Shown here piece after piece: positions 28,150 to 35,664 of a stretch of 64,000 nucleotides of DNA; the first letter of the stretch is position 1; the number at the start of each line of letters is the position of its first letter. Source of the DNA: Fibrobacterota bacterium. GTDB lineage: Bacteria; Fibrobacterota; OXYB2-FULL-49-7; JAEUSG01. The stretch covers positions 6,248 through 70,247 of the forward strand of contig JAZDKP010000285.1 of NCBI GenBank assembly GCA_043802925.1. The letters are read 5' to 3'. Both the position numbers and the translations under genes were made by a program. The notes below the pieces were generated by a model that had not been told where the DNA came from, did not search any database, and saw nothing but the letters and a program-made list of their open reading frames with translations.

Positions 28150-29864
28150 TTTCGTGCGATCCCCCTCACGTTGAGCTGGATGCTCCTGTTTCCATTCCAT
28201 TCGTTTTCTTCGGGCGAAAAAGCGAGCGTAATCGGGCGGCCCGGCACGGTAATGTCCGCAAGCCGCTCCGCCATGCGGAAGGCGATGGCGTCAAAGGAAA
28301 GGTTGCCCTGCCGGACGCGGAACTTGAGGTGGCTGTTCCCAACAACACGCGGAGACCCGTCCAGCCGGAGACCCTCCGCGTACAGGACCGGCCGCGGGTT
28401 CTGCGGACCAAAGGGCTCAAATCGGCGCAGGGCGTCGAGCAGGGGCCAGTCGATTCCGCGCAGGTCGCCCGCGTCAGCGTCCGTCCGCAGGGGTCGGACC
28501 AGGCGTTCGGGCGTCAGCGTGCGGGCCGCAAAGGCATTGACGCGCGCGGCGAATTCATCGAGCCGCTCCGCCCGCACGCTGACCCCCGCGGCCTGCTCAT
28601 GGCCGCCGAAATTGTCGAGCAGCGCGGCGCTGTCGGTAATGGCGGAAAGCACGGAAAAACCCGGGATGCTGCGCGCCGAGCCGCGGCAGAGACCGTTCTC
28701 GCGCGCGAGCACGAGCGCGGGACGGCCAAAGCGTTCGGTAAGACGGGTCGCGGCAATGCCCAGCACACCGGGATGCCACGTGTCGGAACAGAGAACGAGA
28801 AAAAAGGTTTTTGACAGGTCAACGTCGCGCTCGACCTGGCGAAAACACTCCTCGGTCACGGCCTGGTCAAGTCCTTTGCGTTCCTCATTGTTCATTTTGA
28901 GCGCATCCGCCCCTCGGCGCGCTTCTGCGGGATCACGGGTGAGGAAAAGCTCCACGGCCTGGCGCGGGTCGCCGAGCCGGCCCACCGCATTGATCAGGGG
29001 CGCAATCTGGAAAAGCACCTGCCCGGTGCCGATGGGTTTGTCGTACAGTCCTGTGGCCGTGAGCAGCGCCTTGACCCCTTCGCACCCGCTTTTTTTAAGG
29101 CCCGCCAAACCCGTGGACACAATGACACGGTTTTCACCGAGGAGTGGAACGATGTCCGCCGAGGTCCCCAAAGCGACCAGGTCCAGGCAACTGAGCGGGT
29201 CCGTTTCGGGCGACAGCCGTTCGCTCAACGCCTGCAGGAACTTGAAGGCCACGCCCACGCCCGCGAGGTGCTTGTCCGGGTAAGTCTCGCCCGGGGCCTT
29301 GGGGTTGAGCACCGCAAGCGCGTCAGGCCGTTCGGGACGGGGCTCATGGTGGTCCGTGACAATGACGTCCATGCCGAGGGAACGGGCGAGCGCGATTTCC
29401 GCAAGCGCGGTAATGCCGCAGTCCACGGTGAGAATAAGCGAGACCTTCTGCTCGCTGATTTTCCGGATGGAGGATTCGGAAAGGCCGTAGCCTTCGGTGA
29501 TGCGGTTGGGAATGTGGTAGGTGATATGATCCGTGTGCCGCCGGAGATACCCGTAGAGCAGGGCAATGGCAGTGATACCGTCCACATCGTAATCGCCGTA
29601 GATGCAAATGTTCTCCCCGGCGCGCACGGCCGACAGTGTGCGGTCGACCGCGGCCTCCATTTCACGGAAGAGCAAGGGCGAATGGAGCTGCGAAAGTTCA
29701 GGGTTGAAAAAGCGGGTGAGTGCGGTTTCATCAGTAAGCCCACGACCGCAGAGCACGGCCGCGGCAATGTCGGGCAGGCGGAAGGCTTCGGCCACACGTC
29801 GGAGCACAACGGCATCAACGGCAGGGGGGGGCAGGAGGGTTTCGCGGGTCAGTGTCTGCGGCAT
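27981..29864 (-). CDS. recJ: Single-stranded-DNA-specific exonuclease RecJ (with about 56-aa C-terminal tail overlapping argH)
   Basis: DHH motifs ICIYGDYDVDGITA, TVDCG, VIVTDHHEP. DHHA1 GGHEQAAG. The RecJ-like sequence ends near NRSIQLNVRGI, but the frame stays open to 27981. Confidence 0.9.
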   Translation of the reverse strand: MPQTLTRETLLPPPAVDAVVLRRVAEAFRLPDIAAAVLCGRGLTDETALTRFFNPELSQLHSPLLFREMEAAVDRTLSAVRAGENICIYGDYDVDGITAIALLYGYLRRHTDHITYHIPNRITEGYGLSESSIRKISEQKVSLILTVDCGITALAEIALARSLGMDVIVTDHHEPRPERPDALAVLNPKAPGETYPDKHLAGVGVAFKFLQALSERLSPETDPLSCLDLVALGTSADIVPLLGENRVIVSTGLAGLKKSGCEGVKALLTATGLYDKPIGTGQVLFQIAPLINAVGRLGDPRQAVELFLTRDPAEARRGADALKMNNEERKGLDQAVTEECFRQVERDVDLSKTFFLVLCSDTWHPGVLGIAATRLTERFGRPALVLARENGLCRGSARSIPGFSVLSAITDSAALLDNFGGHEQAAGVSVRAERLDEFAARVNAFAARTLTPERLVRPLRTDADAGDLRGIDWPLLDALRRFEPFGPQNPRPVLYAEGLRLDGSPRVVGNSHLKFRVRQGNLSFDAIAFRMAERLADITVPGRPITLAFSPEENEWNGNRSIQLNVRGIARKCGKDVSRERTIPIWRPLTVRSILTNASSATTLRAVSPMPGRSKNAVCSHRVKPLK

Positions 29865-30027
29865 TGCATGAAAACATAATTTGTTGGCAAAAAGTTATCA
29901 ACATCTATAAAATAATATTGACTGGATGAATCGGAATATACTGCGTTGGTTAGTTTGACTGGTACTTAACGATGGTTACGCTTGAATAATGCTTTCAATG
30001 ACAACAATAGGGCCATTAATAATATAT

Positions 30028-30061
30028 ATGGCGCCAATAAATACTTTTATGGCGCCAATAA
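30028..30061. promoter_or_regulatory. Two identical 13-nt direct repeats ATGGCGCCAATAA spaced 21 nt (candidate operator upstream of the wHTH gene)
   Basis: Copies at 30028-30040 and 30049-30061. A degenerate third copy GGCCATTAATAA is at 30011-30022. Each contains the palindromic core GGCGCC. They lie about 85-115 nt upstream of the ATG at 30145. Confidence 0.35.
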
Positions 30062-30144
30062 CGTCTCTTACGTATCCATTTACTTGCTTATTCTTTATGA
30101 TTTGTGTATGTTTTAATGAAAACCTATGGGTAAAAGATTAAAAC

Positions 30145-31302
30145 ATGCGCTTTCCTAAAATCAAAGCCGATGAAATACGCAGTTTTATACTGCAGAATAT
30201 TGAATTTCATCCTCATGATATTGTCAGAGTCACTGCAGAAAAATTTGCAATGTCCCGGAAAGGTGTCAATAAATATCTTCGTAAACTTGCTCTTGAAAAC
30301 ATCATTCAGCTGAAACCCAACGGCCGTTCTCCCGACTACCGTTTCAGGGAAACAAGAAATGTCATCCACTTTGAAAATGTGCCCGCACTACGCGAAGATG
30401 ACATTTGGAAAAATCATGTACGCCCCAAACTCCCGCCTTTAAGCGAGAATGTCCTGGCCATCTGCCAGTATGGGATGACCGAAATGATAAACAATGTCAT
30501 CGACCATTCAAATTCAAAAACAATGGATCTCGTCATCGCATATACCATTCCTAAAATATGGTTCTGGGTCATGGATGACGGTGTCGGCATCTTCAATAAA
30601 ATCCAGAAAGATTCCAATCTGGAAGACCCCAGACATGCCATTATTGAACTCGCAAAAGGAAAGTTGACCTCGGATCCCGCGCATCATTCCGGGCAGGGTA
30701 TCTTTTTTACATCACGGATGTTTAATGTGTTTGACATCATCTCCGGAAACCTGTTCTTCTCAGGCAATGAAAAAACGGATTATTCGGTGGAAGTCAAACA
30801 AAAGAATACCGGCACGTCCGTCTTTCTGCTTATTCAAAGAGACTCAACCCTTGAGATGAAAACCGTCTTTGACCGTTTTTCTGACAATGAAGAGAACGAC
30901 TATGGTTTCACAAAAACACTCGTTCAGCTAAAACGGATGCAGGATGAAGGAGAAAACCTCGTTTCCAGATCCCAGGCAAAGCGCCTGATCGTCCGTTTTG
31001 AAAAATTCAAGGAAGTGGTGTTGGATTTTAACGGAATCAAAACCATCGGCCAGGGATTTGCGGACCAGGTGTTCCGCATCTTCAAAGCAGACCATCCGCT
31101 GACGCGTCTCAGTGCGGTTAACACCAATGAAGAAATCGATAAAAGGATCCGGAGCGCGCAAAACGACGATACGACGGCGGACAACACCGCGCCACGGTCC
31201 ACGCCAGTCCTTAAAGCATCACCCACGACCGCAACAACGGTATCCACCTCCTCTTCCTCCGCCTCCGTTACCCCATCGTCATGGTACAGGCCTTCGACAT
31301 AA
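30145..31302 (+). CDS. Fusion protein: winged-HTH + GHKL (SpoIIAB/RsbW-like) ATPase + STAS-like (DUF4325-type) domain
   Basis: N-terminal wHTH (AEKFAMSRKGVNKYLRKLALENII). Bergerat-fold motifs EMINNVIDHS (N box), MDDGVGIF (G1), HHSGQGIFF (G2). C-terminal SRSQAKRLIVRFEKFKEVVLDFNGIKTIGQGFADQVF is STAS-like. It lies in an AT-rich islet, and the last about 45 codons are a GC-rich Ser/Thr/Pro tail. Confidence 0.75.
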   Translation: MRFPKIKADEIRSFILQNIEFHPHDIVRVTAEKFAMSRKGVNKYLRKLALENIIQLKPNGRSPDYRFRETRNVIHFENVPALREDDIWKNHVRPKLPPLSENVLAICQYGMTEMINNVIDHSNSKTMDLVIAYTIPKIWFWVMDDGVGIFNKIQKDSNLEDPRHAIIELAKGKLTSDPAHHSGQGIFFTSRMFNVFDIISGNLFFSGNEKTDYSVEVKQKNTGTSVFLLIQRDSTLEMKTVFDRFSDNEENDYGFTKTLVQLKRMQDEGENLVSRSQAKRLIVRFEKFKEVVLDFNGIKTIGQGFADQVFRIFKADHPLTRLSAVNTNEEIDKRIRSAQNDDTTADNTAPRSTPVLKASPTTATTVSTSSSSASVTPSSWYRPST

Positions 31303-31344
31303 ACAGGTAAACGAATTCCCGTCGTTTTTCTCTCCTCCATACAT

Positions 31345-31373
31345 TTGACATATCCTCAAGCGTAAATTATCTT
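31345..31373 (+). promoter_or_regulatory. Sigma-70-like promoter candidate for the downstream OMP gene
   Basis: TTGACA (31345-31350), 17-nt spacer, TATCTT (31368-31373), about 50 nt upstream of the ATG at 31426. Confidence 0.35.
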
Positions 31374-31425
31374 TATTCCTGCGATTTCAAATACTTGCTT
31401 TAGTTCATTAAAAGAGGAGCCTTTC

Positions 31426-33210
31426 ATGAAAAAGACGCTTTTCATCTCCCTTCTGCTCGTTGCGGGCCTCACCTTTGCGCAGGACCCCGCAGCCCCAGCC
31501 CCGGATGCCGGCACAGCACAGCCCGCGGTCGAACAGCCTGCGACACCCGCAGTCGAACAGCCCGCAGCGCCCGCACCCGAAACCCCGGCAACACCGCCCG
31601 CGGACAAACCAACAGACACGGATAAAAAAGCGGACGAAGCCAAGGCCGATGACACCAAATCCGCAACCGAAGGCGGCAAGGAAAAAGTCTCCTGGAGCGT
31701 GGGAATGGGATCCGTCACCGTGGACGGCAAGCAGTGGAACCGGCTCTCCCTCCGCCCCGACATCCCCATCTGGAAGTTCGGCCTCTGCCTCGACATCGAA
31801 ATCTTCGTGGACGATTCAGGCAATATTTCGGACAAGGGCTGGAAGTTCAATAACGCCAAAAATATCTTTGAGTCCATTTCACGTAAAATCTACTACCTCC
31901 GTTTCGGCCATCCCGGCGACAAGGTCTACGCCAAAATTGGCGCACTCGACAACGTGACCCTTGGCTACGGCCTCATCATGAGCGGCTACGCCAACTCCCT
32001 CCAATACCCCGATGTCAAAAAAATGGGGCTCCACTTCGAGCTCAACAACATCGGTACCTACGGCGTGGGCGTTCAGGGCGTCATCAACAACTTCCAGGAC
32101 TTCCAGCGCGACGGCGCGCTCATCGGCACGCGCCTTTCGGTCCAGCCGCTCCTTTCCACCGGCATTCCCATCCTCAAAAACCTGGCCGTGGGCGGTAGCT
32201 ACGTGACCGACCTCAACCAGCGCGCGGCCATCACCGACCGTGATGGCGACAAGGTCCCGGATGTGCTCGATAAACAGCCCAACGATAAAAACTGGGCCAT
32301 TGACCACCCCGAATTCACGCTGCTCGACACCACAGCCCCGGCCATTGCGGGCGCAGTCCACATCGTGGACTCGGCCTATCAGGTGATTAACGATTCAACC
32401 GTGAGCAAGTACCGCAGCTATATTGAAGGCAAGGACCCGTTCAGTATAGCAGGCGCGGACATCGGACTTCCCCTGATTAACAAGAAATGGCTCAACCTGC
32501 TGGTGTACGGTCAGTGGGCCATGGATGTCGACAGTAAGGACAAGTACGACTCAATCAAAACGACAGGCTGGGGCATCGCGGCTCCCGGCGCACGGTTCGG
32601 CCTCGGGCCCGTTGTCCTGACCGCGGAATACCGTTATTTCAAGGACCAGTTCCAAGGCCAGTACTTTGACCAGACCTATGAACTCGACCGTATGAAACAG
32701 ATTGACAGCGCTACACTCTGGGCCAAAGAGCGCTTCCTTGAAAAGTACGCAAACTCGACCATGAGCGGCGTTTTCTCCGGCATTCAAATGAACCTCATCA
32801 ACATCCTCGCGGCCCAGGCAACCTACCAGTGGATGAAGGTCACCTACGACAAGGTCGATTCCCTGGTCGAACAGCCCGGGACCGACCAATCCATCAGCGC
32901 CAGCGTGGGCCTCGGCGAAACCGTTCGGAACGTGTTGCGCAAGGTCAAAATTGACGACGTCAATGCCTATTACTTGAAAAAGAACATCGGCACCTGGGTC
33001 GTAGACTACACAACCGAACCGGTTTTTGACAAATTCCTCGAGAAAACCCCTTTTGTGCTCATGGGTTACAAAGTCGGTTTCCAGCTCTCACAGTCCATGA
33101 TCCTCTATTGGGACACCCAATACACCTATGTTCTGGACGAAACAACGGACAACCAATACGATCTGAAAATCAAGAAGCGGCTGAACATCGAAACCGTGAT
33201 GCGCTTCTAG
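31426..33210 (+). CDS. Outer-membrane beta-barrel protein with Pro/Ala-rich N-terminal linker and a TSP3-like Ca-binding motif
   Basis: Signal peptide MKKTLFISLLLVAGLTFAQ. PA-rich repeats (QPAVEQPATPAVEQPAAPAP). DRDGDKVPDVLDKQPND. Alternating-hydrophobic strands and C-terminal ...ETVMRF. Confidence 0.7.
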   Translation: MKKTLFISLLLVAGLTFAQDPAAPAPDAGTAQPAVEQPATPAVEQPAAPAPETPATPPADKPTDTDKKADEAKADDTKSATEGGKEKVSWSVGMGSVTVDGKQWNRLSLRPDIPIWKFGLCLDIEIFVDDSGNISDKGWKFNNAKNIFESISRKIYYLRFGHPGDKVYAKIGALDNVTLGYGLIMSGYANSLQYPDVKKMGLHFELNNIGTYGVGVQGVINNFQDFQRDGALIGTRLSVQPLLSTGIPILKNLAVGGSYVTDLNQRAAITDRDGDKVPDVLDKQPNDKNWAIDHPEFTLLDTTAPAIAGAVHIVDSAYQVINDSTVSKYRSYIEGKDPFSIAGADIGLPLINKKWLNLLVYGQWAMDVDSKDKYDSIKTTGWGIAAPGARFGLGPVVLTAEYRYFKDQFQGQYFDQTYELDRMKQIDSATLWAKERFLEKYANSTMSGVFSGIQMNLINILAAQATYQWMKVTYDKVDSLVEQPGTDQSISASVGLGETVRNVLRKVKIDDVNAYYLKKNIGTWVVDYTTEPVFDKFLEKTPFVLMGYKVGFQLSQSMILYWDTQYTYVLDETTDNQYDLKIKKRLNIETVMRF

Positions 33211-33234
33211 CAGCCACGCCGCTGAATTCCCTGA

Positions 33235-33264
33235 GGGCCTGCTTGGTAAAAGCGGGCCCTTTTT
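33235..33264 (+). terminator. Rho-independent terminator
   Basis: GGGCCTGCTT / AAGCGGGCCC 10-bp stem (one G-U pair), 5-nt loop, T5 run. Confidence 0.8.
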
Positions 33265-33281
33265 AATTATATTAACCGCGA

Positions 33282-34142
33282 ATGAGCATCTTCATTGTAA
33301 CTACAGGGATTTTACTCTCCCTCACCCTTCTGTTCTACCTGTTCTGGCTCCTGGCCTTCCGCCGCAAATCCATGTCCGCGGTCCCGGCCCTGGCCTACCA
33401 TCATGTGCAGGAAAAGGCGGGCTTCCCGGCCACCAAACTCACCTTCGCAAAGTTCGAAGCCCAGATGCTCGCACTCAAGGAACGCGGCTACCGGGCGCTT
33501 TCACCCGATGCCTTCCTCCGTGCCGCAGGCACGGGCGCGGACAAATCGGTCTTCATCACCTTCGAGGACAGCTACGAATCCGTCACCCGCGAGGCCCTGC
33601 CCCTGCTCCGCTCGCTGGAATACACAGCCCTGATTTTTGTGGTCTCGAACTATATCGGGAAACCGAGCGAATGGGACGTGCGCTTCTGCTGTTCGGACCA
33701 CATGACCCACGAACAGATACGGCGCGCGCTGGACGCGGGTTTTTTTCTCGGCTCGCACACAAAGACGCACCCGGACCTCACAACCCTCTCCCCGCAACGA
33801 CTCCGCGAAGAGTTGACGGGTTCCAAAAAAGCGCTCGAAGACGCCTTCGGCCGTGAGGTCAAGCACCTCTCTTATCCCTTCGGCCGTTATAACCGCCGCG
33901 TCATGGCCATGGCGCAGGAGGCGGGGTACACCGCGGCCTTTACCATCAACCGGCCCCTGTTCGCCGCACGGTTCAACGCCCTGGCCGTACCCATGGTCGG
34001 CGTCTATACGGTCGATTCCCTCCGTAATTTCCTCTGCAAAGTCGAACGCGGCCCCTTTGTCTGGATTCTGGACGTGCGTGATAAATTCATCAACCGCTTT
34101 GCCAGCGGCACCGCGCTGATCAAAGGGGGGCGCCCGGCATGA
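33282..34142 (+). CDS. Polysaccharide deacetylase (NodB-homology, CE4) with N-terminal TM anchor
   Basis: TM helix at the N-terminus. ALAYHHV, ITFEDSYESV, LGSHTKTHPDL and LSYPFGRYN motifs. Confidence 0.85.
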   Translation: MSIFIVTTGILLSLTLLFYLFWLLAFRRKSMSAVPALAYHHVQEKAGFPATKLTFAKFEAQMLALKERGYRALSPDAFLRAAGTGADKSVFITFEDSYESVTREALPLLRSLEYTALIFVVSNYIGKPSEWDVRFCCSDHMTHEQIRRALDAGFFLGSHTKTHPDLTTLSPQRLREELTGSKKALEDAFGREVKHLSYPFGRYNRRVMAMAQEAGYTAAFTINRPLFAARFNALAVPMVGVYTVDSLRNFLCKVERGPFVWILDVRDKFINRFASGTALIKGGRPA

Positions 34143-35641
34143 AACTTTTCCGCATCGCGGCCTGCGTCCTCGCGCTGCAGGCCTGCACCCTGGCCAACCC
34201 GCGGGTGGAAGATCTTCGTGGCCTTCCCGATTCCGCCTCTGTCGAATACACGGTCACAGCAGGTCGTCTGACACTCGTTTTTTCGGAAGACGCCGCAATC
34301 ACTATCGTGGATTCAGGCGCATTTTTCAGCGCGGTTCTGGGCAACGGCTTTGACCGCAGCGGCAACACGCTGATACGCGCAGGCGAAGGCAAGGCCCTGC
34401 ACATCACGCTCACGCTCCGGGGCGGCAGCGTGACCCTTCTGCCGGCGGATTCAACGATGCCCCTCGACAGTGTGCTCGCCCATGCGAGTGCGCCCACGCT
34501 CGCCTCCGCGCAATTCATCAACAACTGGAGCGACTTTGTGCGCTACAACCGCGCCGAAGGGCTCTTTCTTGGCGCAGCCTTTGACAGCCGCCGGCTCGAC
34601 CGTGGTCGCCGGGGCCTCCTCCTTTCCGCGGGGTACGCCACTGGCGCACGGCTCGTGGAATACGAGGCCGGTGCTGTCGTGGGCTTTCCGCTGGGCCGGA
34701 TAAAAGCGGAAGGGCGGCTCACACACGGCCTCCGCGCCATCACCGAAGACACACGCATCATCGATGCGGACGAAAACACGCTTTTGATGTTCCTCTTCGG
34801 CGATGACTACCGCGACTATTTCAACAGCAAATATACCGAACTCTCCGGCTCCCTTCAGCCCCTGCGCGGATTCCGCCTTTTTGGTGCAGCTGGCAACGCC
34901 TATTACCACTCCCTGGCGCGCAATGCGGTCTTCCACCTTTTCGGGGACGACAGCCTGTTTGTACGCTGGAACCCGGGTGTGATCGAGAACGAGGACCACT
35001 ATCTTAAGGCCGGCGCGGAATGGGACGATGTGCGCGGCCCCTTCCCACGGCAGGGGTTCCGGGCAAAAGCCCTCGGCGAATATTCGGGCGGCCGCATCAA
35101 AAGCAGTTTTTCCTACCGTAAGGCCACCCTCGACCTGCGCGCATTCCGCCCGCTTTCCCCCGTTGTCGAGTTGTCGTGCGGGCTCTTTGCGGGCGAGGTC
35201 ACGGGCAAAGTCGGCCGCAATGCCATTGCCACGCAAAAGTTATTTGATTTCGGCGGAATCGGCACGGTGCGCGGCCTCCGCTTCCGCGAAGAAGCGGACT
35301 TTCTCGACCAGGACCGCATCGTAACCGCCACAGCCGAAATCCGCGTCCGCGCAGGCCGCATCCTTGACGGATTCATCCCGGTTCTTCCGCGCCTCCTGCC
35401 CCCGCGTTCGCTCATTCTTGTCGGATTTGACGCAGGCAGCATCTGGAACACCCAAAACGACAATCTTGACTTTGACAACCTGTTCACGGAAATGCGGATG
35501 GCCCGGTTCCATAAGTCCGTCACACTCGGCCTTTCGGACCCCAACGAAAACATCAGGCTTGAACTGTCGCGCGCCTTCCGTTTTGACCGTGACGAAACCT
35601 CCGACGCCGTCATGCTGCGCATAACCCCCAAACGCTTCTGA
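34139..35641 (+). CDS. Omp85-family (bacterial surface antigen) beta-barrel with lipoprotein-type signal peptide
   Basis: Lipobox-like VLALQAC. FGGIGTVRGLRF and VGFDAGSIW resemble Omp85/BamA barrel motifs. Ends in ...PKRF. ATGA overlap with the deacetylase gene. Confidence 0.6.
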   Translation: MKLFRIAACVLALQACTLANPRVEDLRGLPDSASVEYTVTAGRLTLVFSEDAAITIVDSGAFFSAVLGNGFDRSGNTLIRAGEGKALHITLTLRGGSVTLLPADSTMPLDSVLAHASAPTLASAQFINNWSDFVRYNRAEGLFLGAAFDSRRLDRGRRGLLLSAGYATGARLVEYEAGAVVGFPLGRIKAEGRLTHGLRAITEDTRIIDADENTLLMFLFGDDYRDYFNSKYTELSGSLQPLRGFRLFGAAGNAYYHSLARNAVFHLFGDDSLFVRWNPGVIENEDHYLKAGAEWDDVRGPFPRQGFRAKALGEYSGGRIKSSFSYRKATLDLRAFRPLSPVVELSCGLFAGEVTGKVGRNAIATQKLFDFGGIGTVRGLRFREEADFLDQDRIVTATAEIRVRAGRILDGFIPVLPRLLPPRSLILVGFDAGSIWNTQNDNLDFDNLFTEMRMARFHKSVTLGLSDPNENIRLELSRAFRFDRDETSDAVMLRITPKRF

Positions 35642-35664
35642 CCCCACCGTTTCAAAGGACCGTC

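Noticed and set aside
27967-29283. 438-aa plus-strand ORF
   Set aside because: Antisense to recJ. Arg/Ser/Pro-rich nonsense composition.
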